A stretch of DNA of 57,246 nt from a bacterium (GCA_049472355.1 JBLIRP010000010.1:1-57246), one strand, 5' to 3'; positions 29,332 through 39,222 are shown, counted from the stretch's first letter. Numbers and translations: made by a program. Notes: a model not told the origin generated them from the letters alone.

Positions 29332-31981
29332 CGATTTCATACGGTTTTTTTCACGGCTGGCAGGGCTCTGGCTCGTGGTTGTCCTGTGGTGGGGCCTGAT
29401 CATCCTGGCCCCATTGCAGATCCACAACCGGATCGTCATCCGCGACCTCCCCGCCATCGCAGGGGGGATCTATATCCTCCTGCTCATAGGATTCTGGAAG
29501 AAATGGAGGATATCGTTCCAGTCCATGCGACAGGAGTGGCTCCTTCCCCTTCTGCTCATTGGAGCACTCGATGCGATTGCCATCCTGCATTTCCGCAGCA
29601 TCACCTTCTCCTTCATCCTCACCTCGCTGTGTATCCTCATGACCGGTCATGTGTTGAATCTCGTTTCGTTCATCGATGCCGGCTCCCTCCTCTTTCTTGC
29701 CAGCGCGGGATTCGGGGTCACCCACCTGATCATGCACCTCGTGCGCGGGGTGCCCACCTTCGGTTCCAGGTTTTTTGCGCGTCAGATCGCCTTCCTGCTC
29801 ACCCTGTTTGGCAGGGACTCCCATGTGGTCATGGGCACCCTCTTCCTTCAGGGGAAAAAGATAACCTGCGACCTCATGAAGATAGGGTTTTTCCCGTGGC
29901 TCGCATTTACCCTCGCCTTTCTCGCATTTATCGTAACGGCCCGGGGAAGCCGGAGAAAAAAGGCATATGCCGCTGCGGTCGGCATTGTAGTACAGTATCT
30001 CTTCCTGGTGGGAAGGGCAGCCCTGCTTCTCGTTTTCGTGCCCGATCGCATGTACGCGGGCTCTGGAACGTTCAACCTCTTTTATTGGCGGATACCCATT
30101 TTTTCATTTGTCCCCCTGCTCCTTATATGGCTGTTCACCCTGTATGAGGCGGATCTTTCCGAGCCGGATACGGCCTTTTCCGGCCTGTTTTCAGCAAAGG
30201 CATCCCGGCTGGACCCCCTGCTCCTTGCAGCCACGGCAATCACCGTCCTTTTCATGACCCTGTCGTTTCTGTTTCACGGGTTTGCCGGACACCGGGACAT
30301 CCACGTCATCATCGACGAGGTACACAGTGACTGGGAATCGAGCCTCATCGATTTCAATCAGGACATCTTCGGCACCCTTGCGGAGAACAGCTACCATTCC
30401 CTTCTGGACTATCTGAGGCACTTTTACCCGGCAACAATCCTGAGCAATAAACCGGGTATGGCCCCAAACCTGGAGGGAGTCGAACTGATCCATACCCCCA
30501 TCCTCACTGGCGAGGTCCTGGACGGCGCCACGAGGATCCATCCGGAGCGGCATCCGGTGCTGGTTTTGAAATGCATCACCACACCGTTTTCACCCTATGA
30601 GATCGACCTCATCAAGGATTTCGTCTCCCGCGGCGGAAGCGCACTGCTCATCGGCGACCACACGGACGTGTTTTTCATGAACAAGAATCTCAATGAGCTT
30701 GCAGGACACTTCGGCATACGGTTCGAGCAGAATTCCGTGTATTTCGTTGACGGGGGATGGGTCATCACCGATCCGCCGCACTACCGGTCGCATCCGGCCA
30801 CCCACTTCCTGGACCGGTTTATCTGGGCCACCGGGGATTCGTTGACCCTGAAATCGCCCGCATTTCCCCTGATTACCAGCTCTCCAGTCTGTTTTGCCGA
30901 TGAGGTCAATTACTTCTATGAGAATTTCTTCGGCAACACCACGATCGATGCGGACGAGGTGTTCGGAAGCTACTGCGTCATGGCCGGTTCACGGTATGGC
31001 AAGGGAAGGATCATTGCCTTTACCGATTCGACCTGCTTCAATAACTACCTGATGTTCAGCGTGGGCCGAAGGCCGCTCCTCGCGGGAATCCTCGGATGGC
31101 TGGGTGATACGGATGCGACGAATCCCTTTCCCCTGCTCACCTATCTCTCCTTCTGCGTGCTGGGGGTGATTATCCTGAAACGGCGGCGCGGATTCGACTC
31201 GTTCCTGCGCACCTGCACCCTGGGCGTGATCCTGGGGTGGGGTGCAGGATACCTTGTGGCTGTGTCCATGAACGCCCTGCTCTACCCTCCCCCCGCACCC
31301 ATACGCCCCCTGCCGCAGCAGGTGCTCATGGATGCAAGCCATGACCCGCTCCATGCAATGAGTTACGGCAACAGTGAATCATTTCTTGCACCGACCAGTT
31401 ACGACAGCCTCCTGTTCAATATCGGGAGGATCGACCTTTTTTCGAGGATACACTATGAAGGGCCTCTCAGGAAAAGGGCGCTTGACGGTTCGTCGTGCCT
31501 CATCATCGCCTCTCCGAGGAAGCGATTCCGCGCACGGGAGAGGGACGACATGCGGTCCTACGTGCGCAACGGCGGATCGCTGCTCCTCATCGAGGGCGCG
31601 CATCCCGATTCCACCGTCAATCAGGTCGCACACCTCTTCGACATGCACTTTCGTCTTGATCCCTATCGAGGCACAGCCGATTCAATGAACCAGCGCCTGG
31701 CGAAGAACGGGCGCGAGGCCCTTCGCATCAATCCCGCGTGGGTGGATGGCGGCGCCATGCTTTTCGGCTACGAGGGAATGCCCATTGTCAGCTTCAAGCG
31801 GGAGGGCGAGGGAATGATCCTCGCCATCGGCGACGACGGGCTCTTCATGAAGGAGAACTTTCAGGCATTCGGCCGGGAGCTGGTTACCATACAGTGCTCC
31901 ATGGTCGAGGCGCTCGCCGGCAAGGACGAAGAGCTGCTGCGGTCCATCCGGTGGAATTATCTCGGTGGCGACGGCACTTAG
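29303..31981 (+). CDS. Polytopic membrane protein: exosortase-like N-terminal region plus two DUF4350/GATase-like modules; paralog of the upstream gene
   Basis: About 9 TMs including AFLLTLFG...GTLFL...ITCDLMKIG...RRKK...LVGR. Then IDEVHSDWE...FVSRGGSALLIGDH...YGKGRIIAFTDS and a second module YVRNGGSLLLIEG...GEGMILAIGDD. Confidence 0.7.
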   Translation: MKQFSAKGISDFIRFFSRLAGLWLVVVLWWGLIILAPLQIHNRIVIRDLPAIAGGIYILLLIGFWKKWRISFQSMRQEWLLPLLLIGALDAIAILHFRSITFSFILTSLCILMTGHVLNLVSFIDAGSLLFLASAGFGVTHLIMHLVRGVPTFGSRFFARQIAFLLTLFGRDSHVVMGTLFLQGKKITCDLMKIGFFPWLAFTLAFLAFIVTARGSRRKKAYAAAVGIVVQYLFLVGRAALLLVFVPDRMYAGSGTFNLFYWRIPIFSFVPLLLIWLFTLYEADLSEPDTAFSGLFSAKASRLDPLLLAATAITVLFMTLSFLFHGFAGHRDIHVIIDEVHSDWESSLIDFNQDIFGTLAENSYHSLLDYLRHFYPATILSNKPGMAPNLEGVELIHTPILTGEVLDGATRIHPERHPVLVLKCITTPFSPYEIDLIKDFVSRGGSALLIGDHTDVFFMNKNLNELAGHFGIRFEQNSVYFVDGGWVITDPPHYRSHPATHFLDRFIWATGDSLTLKSPAFPLITSSPVCFADEVNYFYENFFGNTTIDADEVFGSYCVMAGSRYGKGRIIAFTDSTCFNNYLMFSVGRRPLLAGILGWLGDTDATNPFPLLTYLSFCVLGVIILKRRRGFDSFLRTCTLGVILGWGAGYLVAVSMNALLYPPPAPIRPLPQQVLMDASHDPLHAMSYGNSESFLAPTSYDSLLFNIGRIDLFSRIHYEGPLRKRALDGSSCLIIASPRKRFRARERDDMRSYVRNGGSLLLIEGAHPDSTVNQVAHLFDMHFRLDPYRGTADSMNQRLAKNGREALRINPAWVDGGAMLFGYEGMPIVSFKREGEGMILAIGDDGLFMKENFQAFGRELVTIQCSMVEALAGKDEELLRSIRWNYLGGDGT

Positions 31982-33813
31982 CGCACCCAGAACCCGTACC
32001 CGTTGAGCAGCGAGAGTGCATAGGCTACGGGAAAAAGCGGATACGGGGAAATGGGAAAGGGCCTCCATGACTGTGATGCATAGGAGGAGACCGGTGACGC
32101 TATGTCTGATTCAACCTGGTATCCCCCTGTGTTTCCCTGTGCGTACCCCCAGCCTGAGAACGCCTGCTGCCCGAATGTGGAAAGGCCCTGCGCAGCAAAC
32201 AGCGAGGTCAATCCATAGGACGGCACAAACAAATTTGCCCCTGCTGCGGATGGATAGAATAATGACCTCCCGTTTGTGGCGAGGTATCCCTGGATGGTAG
32301 AGGACGACTGCTGCGAGACAGATGGCTGAAATCCCTGGATGCCGTTTTGCACGGCGGGGAGAAATCCTGCATTGCTTTGATATATTCGGTTTTCAGAGAC
32401 ATTCACGCCCACGGGAAGGGACGAGCCCTGATAGGCGGCAGCGGGCACAATCCGGGACGTAACCGGCTGGAATCCGGTCCGGGTGCCGAAGATGCTCGCC
32501 GTGGCGTAGGTGCCGGCAGCCTGCGTTGCCGCAAGGGGATTGACCAGCCCCCACCCGTACCATTGATCCCATCCCGGATCGCCAAGATCGGTTGCCGTGG
32601 TGCAGAGGATATCCCGCACCTCCGACGGGGTAAGGGGCCGTGCCGAACGCGCCAGCATCAGCGCAACCACCCCGGAGACAAATGCACAGGCGCACGAGGT
32701 GCCCTCGGCAAAATAGAAATCGAAATCCTTGACATCGATCCCGGTATGGGTCTGCTGATAGATGCCGTCAGGATACCCGTCGGCGTTGACGTCCTCGTCC
32801 AGGTCCCCTCCCGGTGCACAGATGTCCACATCGGGCCCGTAGTTGGAATAGGAATCGGCAAAGGAATGATCAAACCGGGTTGCGGTCACACAGATGCTTG
32901 CATCGTATGACGAGGGATAATGGGGCTCGCTCGTCGATTCATTGCCCGCCGAGCATATAACCGCCACCCCCTGGGAGACCGCGAAATTGATCGCCTCCTC
33001 CTCGCTCGATGAGGGGCTGGTGACGAACCCGTAGCTCATGTTGATGACCCTGGCGCCGTTATTGACGGCAAAATAGATGGCATCCACGATGTCCGCCACC
33101 GTTCCCGAACCCGTGTGGTCGAGGACCTTGACCGGCATGAGAATGCACTCGGGGGCCAGCCCCGCCCCCCCGACGAGATTGTTGGTGCTTTGGGCGATGA
33201 TGCCTGCGATATGGGTGCCGTGACGATTGTCGTCATCAGGATAGGCATCGTCGTTCACGAAGTCGTATCCCGGCATGAAGCTCGTCTCCGCCAGGTCGGG
33301 GGCAAGGGCGAACCCGCTGCCGTTTCGATAGGCGACCCCGGTGTCGAATACCGCAACCACCACGTTTGTTCCCACCGATTGATCCCATGTCTGCTGGAGC
33401 ATGGGATTATAAAGATGCCACTGAAGCTTGTACAGCGGATCATTGGGGATAAAATTCACCGTTCTTACATAGTTCGGTTCTGCCAAGGCCACCAGAGGAT
33501 TCTGATTCAGATTTGCGGAAACGGCATACACGTTGGAATTCGAAGGAACCCTCACCCTTCGCAGCCCGCTGTAGGCACTGTATCCGACCTCGTTCAATCC
33601 CAGGTTGACATACGTGTTATTGATATCATTTGTGGATGCCTCGGAATGGTAACGAACCAGGACCTCCTGGGAGAAGTAGCCCTGGGTTTGCCTTCCTCCC
33701 CCCATTCCCCAGGCCCAGGAAGGAATCGAAGAAACATGGAACAGAATGAACAGACAACTAATCGTTACGCAGCCTATCACCACAAAAGCCCTGAACCGGC
33801 ACCGGTACGCCAT
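31978..33813 (-). CDS. Secreted subtilisin-family (S8) serine protease with pro-domain and low-complexity C-terminal tail
   Basis: Signal peptide, AEPNY...PNDP, VAVFDTG (Asp), HGTHIAG (His), SAGN (oxyanion), GTSCAC (Ser), DLGDPGWDQWYGWG. Confidence 0.92.
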   Translation of the reverse strand: MAYRCRFRAFVVIGCVTISCLFILFHVSSIPSWAWGMGGGRQTQGYFSQEVLVRYHSEASTNDINNTYVNLGLNEVGYSAYSGLRRVRVPSNSNVYAVSANLNQNPLVALAEPNYVRTVNFIPNDPLYKLQWHLYNPMLQQTWDQSVGTNVVVAVFDTGVAYRNGSGFALAPDLAETSFMPGYDFVNDDAYPDDDNRHGTHIAGIIAQSTNNLVGGAGLAPECILMPVKVLDHTGSGTVADIVDAIYFAVNNGARVINMSYGFVTSPSSSEEEAINFAVSQGVAVICSAGNESTSEPHYPSSYDASICVTATRFDHSFADSYSNYGPDVDICAPGGDLDEDVNADGYPDGIYQQTHTGIDVKDFDFYFAEGTSCACAFVSGVVALMLARSARPLTPSEVRDILCTTATDLGDPGWDQWYGWGLVNPLAATQAAGTYATASIFGTRTGFQPVTSRIVPAAAYQGSSLPVGVNVSENRIYQSNAGFLPAVQNGIQGFQPSVSQQSSSTIQGYLATNGRSLFYPSAAGANLFVPSYGLTSLFAAQGLSTFGQQAFSGWGYAQGNTGGYQVESDIASPVSSYASQSWRPFPISPYPLFPVAYALSLLNGYGFWVR

Positions 33814-33883
33814 AACTCCCCCCCAATTTTAACGTAATATCCAGTACATCCCTTATCCGGGAATAAAATGCAGAATCTATTGA

Positions 33884-33900
33884 AGCAAAATATATACCAG
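33884..33900 (-). promoter_or_regulatory. sigma54 (-24/-12) promoter for the S8 protease
   Basis: Minus strand CTGGTATATATTTTGCT = GG-N10-GC, 70 nt upstream of the start. Confidence 0.62.
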
Positions 33901-34168
33901 TGGGGCGTAACGGGAATAGGCATGGTCACGGCAATACCAATGGACCGAGTTCGAAGAGCAATTTTCGAATAATTATTTGTTTTTTTATGTAGTTTAATCC
34001 TTCGTTGTGATCGAAGGACACCGGGCATGTACCGAAGGAAAAGGGCTTGATGTAAACTTGAGGAGTAAAAAGCACTCGGATGGGGCTCAGGATATGTGAA
34101 TTAAAATGCTTCTTGTGAAAAAATTTGCCTAATAATCAATTTTATGCAACAATTTACATAAACTCGCC

Positions 34169-35542
34169 CTAAAATTGGTAACTCGCCCTTAACACCAAGG
34201 CGGTTTCATGGAGAAACCGTGCCTCCGCCTGAAGGTGCAGAATATCCATGAAGGGATAGCTGGCCCCCAGGAAAACCCCCACGGGATTCGCCTCGCTGTA
34301 ATCATTCTTCAGCGGTGGACCTGTGATTTCCAGCTCGAAGGTGGCGTCAACCTGCGTAAAGGATAGTCCGCCATAGGGAACCAGTTTCGGGTATCCGAGA
34401 TACCGTGCCGCGAGGGAGAGGTTCAGCTCCGTCCAATCAGCGGTGGCCTGTACCCCGTTTTGAAGTTCATCCTTGTTGGAACCCATCAGGAAGGAGAGGC
34501 TCGCATCGAACAAAAGATCCCGTTCGTCCCACCGATGGATCATCGCATTGATCCCGGCGCCATAGGCAAAACCGAGCACTCGTTTGAAATCGATACCGAC
34601 GGCGCCGAAGTTGATGGTATCATCGAATCCCACGTCGGTCACCCCCAGATCAAGAAAGAGGCGGAATCTCTCTCCGGGGGTGTATCCCAGTCTGAATATG
34701 GCCTTCTTGTATTGGGAGCCTATGTCGACCGTTCCACCGGGGATGTCCATTTCCACGTCGCGGGCAAGTCCGGCCGTGGCGTCCAACTCCAGGGAGAGTC
34801 TTTCCTTGATCCCTTTTCCCGCCACTGTAGGCCGCTCGGGTGCGGGCGCGGGGGTGACCTTCACCAGGCGCTCCATGTTTTTCCTGGCCATGGGGTAATC
34901 GGGTCTCACGGCCAGGGCCTTTTTGTACATGGCGATGGCGGTATCCGCCTCCCCCTTCTCCTCCGCCAGGTAACCGAGATTGTTGTATGCCTCGGCCATT
35001 GTCCGATCCAATTCAAGGGCCCTCAGGTATTCCTTCCTGGCCTCCTCCATACGGGACAGCTTCATGAGACTGAGTCCCATGTTGAAATGCACGGCAGCAT
35101 CATCAGTACCATGGCGCATGGCCAGCCTGTATTCCTGAAGCGCCTTGTCCGGCTGCCCGGATCGGTCGTAGACAACCCCCAGGTTGAAATGCGCCTCCCC
35201 GAAGTCGGATTTCATTTGAATCGCCTTTACATATGCATTGACGGCCTCCTGGTACATTCCCAACTCATACGAGGCCAATCCCAGATTATACTGCGCTTGA
35301 GGAGAATCGGGATCAGCGGTCACGTTGGCCTTGAACTCATTCAGCGCACCCTTGAAATCACCGGCCAGAAAGAGACGCTCCCCCTTATTCATCCGTTCCG
35401 TATCGGGCTGCTGGACATCCGATGACCCCTTTTCGCCGAATGGACGTTTGAGGAATGACGAGGTTTTCTGCATCATTCCGCCGCAACCGAGCACGAAACC
35501 CAGACAGATAACGATAAGACCCTTCGCAAGCCGGTTCATCAT
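34169..35542 (-). CDS. Lipoprotein with TPR repeats fused to a C-terminal outer-membrane beta-barrel-like domain
   Basis: Lipobox FVLG-C20. Repeated AQYNLG/AHFNLG/VHFNMG/AYNNLG TPRs. PAPAP linker. Amphipathic strands ending LRASYQF. Confidence 0.8.
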   Translation of the reverse strand: MMNRLAKGLIVICLGFVLGCGGMMQKTSSFLKRPFGEKGSSDVQQPDTERMNKGERLFLAGDFKGALNEFKANVTADPDSPQAQYNLGLASYELGMYQEAVNAYVKAIQMKSDFGEAHFNLGVVYDRSGQPDKALQEYRLAMRHGTDDAAVHFNMGLSLMKLSRMEEARKEYLRALELDRTMAEAYNNLGYLAEEKGEADTAIAMYKKALAVRPDYPMARKNMERLVKVTPAPAPERPTVAGKGIKERLSLELDATAGLARDVEMDIPGGTVDIGSQYKKAIFRLGYTPGERFRLFLDLGVTDVGFDDTINFGAVGIDFKRVLGFAYGAGINAMIHRWDERDLLFDASLSFLMGSNKDELQNGVQATADWTELNLSLAARYLGYPKLVPYGGLSFTQVDATFELEITGPPLKNDYSEANPVGVFLGASYPFMDILHLQAEARFLHETALVLRASYQF

Positions 35543-35812
35543 AGCTTCCTCCTAATGGCGATGTGGATGAATTAAATCCTCATAATTTATCTGTGTAATT
35601 TTATTATCAATATTCCATTTTATCAAGCCCGTGTAAAGCGCATATTGCAAGAATCGTGTCACATAATCAGCATTGTCAAGGGATTCGGGCCTCAACCGCT
35701 GGAAGCATATGCCCGGCTCCTTACTTTGTCGGTGATTGTGCATGAGCACAAGGCCGGGGGCACAGGCATGAGGTGAGTTTGCATTGCAAATCTGTTTGTT
35801 AGATATAAGGGC

Positions 35813-35843
35813 AACATAGAACTTCGCTTCGCTCCGCCTGGCA
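35813..35843. repeat. Dispersed copy of the GCGAAGC REP-like repeat
   Basis: AACATAGAACTTCGCTTCGCTCCGCCTGGCA matches the reverse complement of 612-642 at 27/31 positions. Confidence 0.75.
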
Positions 35844-36024
35844 CGCGTGGTTTCCCCTTACCGCAATGGTTAATAATTACTGGATACATCAAGTTACAGT
35901 TGTTATACTATAAAATAGTGAAGTATCAATTCACGGCACATAACGATTGATCGTCATGTGCGTCAATTAAACGTGTTGATGTATTCCCGAAAACGACCAC
36001 TATTCAGTCCGGAAGGAGTCAGTC

Positions 36025-37140
36025 ATGAGCAGGTACAAGATTGCAGCCATATTCATACTCGTCGTCATCATGTCCCTTTTTTCAGTCCGGGTCTTTGCGG
36101 CAATCGACCCAGGCGGCTTTTACTATGACAAGGAAGTGGCCCTGTTCAACGGAGGCACCGCCAGGCTTTACTTCCCCCAGGCAACCGGCGACCACGGGGA
36201 GGGCAACCATCACCTCATGTCGAACCCGAACGATCCCGGTTCGCTGTTTGACGAATTCTTTGCCAACGCCCAATCCGGCAAGTTTTTCCTCATGTACGAC
36301 GGGAACGATGTGGTGGATGACGAGATATTGATGATCGCCCTGGGTGAGCAATTTGACGACTATTTCTTTATGGCCCTTCAATGGCAAATAAACGACGGCC
36401 CCTTGTCCCAGAATATCTCCATTGAGAGCGCCGATTTCAACAGCAATGAATACGGCTACTATCCACAATGGTGGAAGGTGGCACGATCGGGAAAACCGCT
36501 CATTTACAGTGGATCGGACGAAGACGCCTACTACGTCATCTATGTCCCGCTCGAATTTGACGGCCAGTCAATGGCAAAGGGGGATGTCCTGTCAATCACC
36601 TATGCACTCACCCAATTTGATGCCCCTCAGGCCAGGATTATCTTCAATGTTTACGGCTCAAGCGATACCGAGTATTTTTACCAGTGGACCAACGCAAACG
36701 ACAATACCTTCGGAATAAACTCCCTCTATTCCTCGTCTCAACAGAACCAGCCCCCGATGTATCCGTATCTTTTCGGCGGGATGGGCTACGGTGGATACTA
36801 TGGGGGATTCTGGCCGGGGATGGGTTCGTTTGGGGGATCATACGGAGGATGGGGCTTCTCCTCTCCCACGGGTTCCTATTACGGGTACGGATACGGCATC
36901 CCCTATTCCTTCTACGGCTCCCCCTATGCGGGCGGTTACGGGTATTCACCCTACGGAGGCGGTTTCGGCGGCTTCTATGGGGGTGGCGGCTATCCTTACA
37001 GCAACTTCTATTCCGGATGGTCCTACCAGCCGTACTCGTTCGGATACGGGGGTGGTTACGGATGGTCACCCTATACCATGGGATGGGGTTCCTTGGGCGG
37101 ATATTATTCGAATTACTACGGCAGGTACAGCGGTTTCTGA
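36025..37140 (+). CDS. Secreted protein of unknown function with acidic globular domain and Gly/Tyr-rich C-terminal tail
   Basis: SD AAGGAG, signal peptide ending VFA|A, last 127 aa composed mainly of G/Y/S/F/P/W. Confidence 0.85.
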   Translation: MSRYKIAAIFILVVIMSLFSVRVFAAIDPGGFYYDKEVALFNGGTARLYFPQATGDHGEGNHHLMSNPNDPGSLFDEFFANAQSGKFFLMYDGNDVVDDEILMIALGEQFDDYFFMALQWQINDGPLSQNISIESADFNSNEYGYYPQWWKVARSGKPLIYSGSDEDAYYVIYVPLEFDGQSMAKGDVLSITYALTQFDAPQARIIFNVYGSSDTEYFYQWTNANDNTFGINSLYSSSQQNQPPMYPYLFGGMGYGGYYGGFWPGMGSFGGSYGGWGFSSPTGSYYGYGYGIPYSFYGSPYAGGYGYSPYGGGFGGFYGGGGYPYSNFYSGWSYQPYSFGYGGGYGWSPYTMGWGSLGGYYSNYYGRYSGF

Positions 37141-37211
37141 TCCTACCTATAGGCATGGGATGTGCGGATGTGCGGGTGCAACGACCGAGCACGCGGCACT
37201 CAGTATGGAGG

Positions 37212-37619
37212 CTACGAGGGTCGTGCATTGAGCAACCGGTTCACCTCCCCGATAAAGGCGCTCGCCTCGAATGGTTTGGTGACAAAGGCGTTTGCTCCCA
37301 GTTCCTTGAGCTGATACGAGTATTTTCTCTTGGTGTACACCGCCGTTATGATCAGGATGGGGATATTCTTCAATGCATCGATCCTCCGAATCTCGCTGCA
37401 TACATCGAATCCGTGCCTTCCGGGAAGCAGCAGATCCAGTACGACGAGGTCCACATTCTTTGACTTGAGGATGCTGATCGCCTCATCCCCCTTACATGCA
37501 TGGAGGGTGGAATAGTTCGACTGTTTCAGGATCTCTTCGATAAATTCCCTCACCAGGGGATCGTCGTCCACAATCAAAACAGTGTAGGCTCGACTGGATT
37601 GTTTAGTATCTGATTTCAT
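37212..37619 (-). CDS. Single-domain response regulator receiver (CheY-like)
   Basis: VLIVDDD, LVVLDLLLP, IITA, VTKPF. Confidence 0.92.
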   Translation of the reverse strand: MKSDTKQSSRAYTVLIVDDDPLVREFIEEILKQSNYSTLHACKGDEAISILKSKNVDLVVLDLLLPGRHGFDVCSEIRRIDALKNIPILIITAVYTKRKYSYQLKELGANAFVTKPFEASAFIGEVNRLLNARPS

Positions 37620-37708
37620 GGCTGTTGATAACTCCCGCAAAGATTAGGCGTTACATTCCATGTGACATCATCTCCGGGTACGACCCCGGACTGGACACAC
37701 CCGCCAGC

Positions 37709-38830
37709 TCACCCGGAGGCATGAACCACGCTGCGGCCTGCCGGCTTCAGTACCTCGTAGCATTTGACCGGCTCGGTTTTATTCTTTGCAATGATCTCCC
37801 CTTTTTTCTGCAAAGGGAAAAGACCCTTAACCTGCCGGTAGGTTTGTTCACCGATCACGATTTCCCCTCCCTTTGCCATCTGCTCAAACCGCGCGGCAAC
37901 GTTCACACAGTCGCCGATGACCGTATAGTCGATCCGGTTGGCCGATCCCACGTTTCCGGCGATGGCGACCCCGGTGTTGATGCCGATTCCGATCTCAAAT
38001 GTCTCCTTTTGTGCCTTTGTGCGCTCCTTCATCAACCGTTCCGTGGCCTCCTGCATCTCTATGGCGGCCTGTATGGCATCCGCGGCCGGCGCATTTTCCG
38101 AGGGGATAAATCCGAACAGGGCCATGAGGTTATCCCCGATGAACTTGTCCAGCACCCCGTTATTCTTGAAGATGATCTCCACCATGTCGCTGAAAAACTG
38201 ATTCAACATGGCCACCACCTCCTCGGCGTCCATACGCTCGGTGATGGTGGTAAAGGATCGTATGTCGGCAAAGAGAATGGTCACCTCCTTACGTTCGTTT
38301 TCAAAGAGCGCGCCGCTCTCCGGATTCATGAGCTTTTCAACGAGGTCTTCCCGCACGTACCTGCTCAAGGTGGTGCGCAGTTCCACCTCCTTTTGATTGA
38401 GCTCAAACGCCTCGGTAAGGTCCTTGGCGTAGGTCATGAGTTGGATGCCCTGCTCCTTCAGATTCTTCAAAAGGACATTGAAATTCTGCGCGATGTCGTT
38501 CAGTTCCTCGTCCGCCTTGATCTTGATCGATTCGACCTTTTCCCAGGACCGGATGATTCCTGTGGCCTTGGCAAGCTGTGCAAGCTGTTCAGCCGACCTC
38601 CTCAGGAGCACAAACCCAAGGAGGATTGAGAATGCGGCAAGCGCCAGGAAGATGATGGTGATATCGAAGGTCTTTATATTTTTCTGGAAAAGAAGATAGA
38701 TGATCAGCACAAAGGGGATGATCCCCATCAGTGCGAAGATGACGCGTGACTTCACATGAAAGCTTCTGAAATTCAGATAGCATGATCCGCACAGGTGACT
38801 CAGGATCGCTGTCAATTTGTTTTGATTCAT
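37709..38830 (-). CDS. Membrane class III nucleotidyl cyclase (adenylate-cyclase type) with HAMP domain
   Basis: 2 TMs, DELNDIAQNFN HAMP, TILFADIRSFT, LDKFIGD (Lys = ATP specificity), GIGINTG, DYTVIGDCVNVAAR. Confidence 0.92.
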   Translation of the reverse strand: MNQNKLTAILSHLCGSCYLNFRSFHVKSRVIFALMGIIPFVLIIYLLFQKNIKTFDITIIFLALAAFSILLGFVLLRRSAEQLAQLAKATGIIRSWEKVESIKIKADEELNDIAQNFNVLLKNLKEQGIQLMTYAKDLTEAFELNQKEVELRTTLSRYVREDLVEKLMNPESGALFENERKEVTILFADIRSFTTITERMDAEEVVAMLNQFFSDMVEIIFKNNGVLDKFIGDNLMALFGFIPSENAPAADAIQAAIEMQEATERLMKERTKAQKETFEIGIGINTGVAIAGNVGSANRIDYTVIGDCVNVAARFEQMAKGGEIVIGEQTYRQVKGLFPLQKKGEIIAKNKTEPVKCYEVLKPAGRSVVHASG

Positions 38831-39222
38831 GCCTGCTCCTTTTGTTTCGTATCGACTCGCTCGAAATTCAGGAGACTGTCAAACTGCACCGCCACCTCCG
38901 TCTCGCCGTGGCGGGCGCCATCGGACGTATCGGAATCCATATCGATCCGCACGACGCGCGCCCGCGCCTTCATCCGGGCATGCACACTGCCGGCGCCGGG
39001 AAGATAAAAGGTCATCTCCAGTTCCTGTCCGACGAAGTAGCGGTCCGTCCTCTTGGTGGCAAAGCAGGCCCCTCCTCCGGAGATGTCCTTGGAAACCGTC
39101 TTTTCATACCAATCCTTTCCTTCGCTGTCCTCGGTGGCTATCTCGGTCAGGAATTCTATGTTGAACCGCTTGAACTCCCGTCGTTCTCCCGCGCTCCCCA
39201 TCTTTTTCACCGCCATACGCAT
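38827..39222 (-). CDS. Single PilZ-domain c-di-GMP receptor (start 39222 or 39288)
   Basis: ERREFKR (RxxxR) and DISGGG (D/NxSxxG), ARVVRI, VAVQF. Stop overlaps the cyclase start. Confidence 0.9.
   Translation of the reverse strand: MRMAVKKMGSAGERREFKRFNIEFLTEIATEDSEGKDWYEKTVSKDISGGGACFATKRTDRYFVGQELEMTFYLPGAGSVHARMKARARVVRIDMDSDTSDGARHGETEVAVQFDSLLNFERVDTKQKEQA

Noticed and set aside
35838..35855. sigma54 promoter at CTGGCACG for the G/Y-tailed gene
   Set aside because: No GC at the -12 position, and the bases overlap the REP-like repeat
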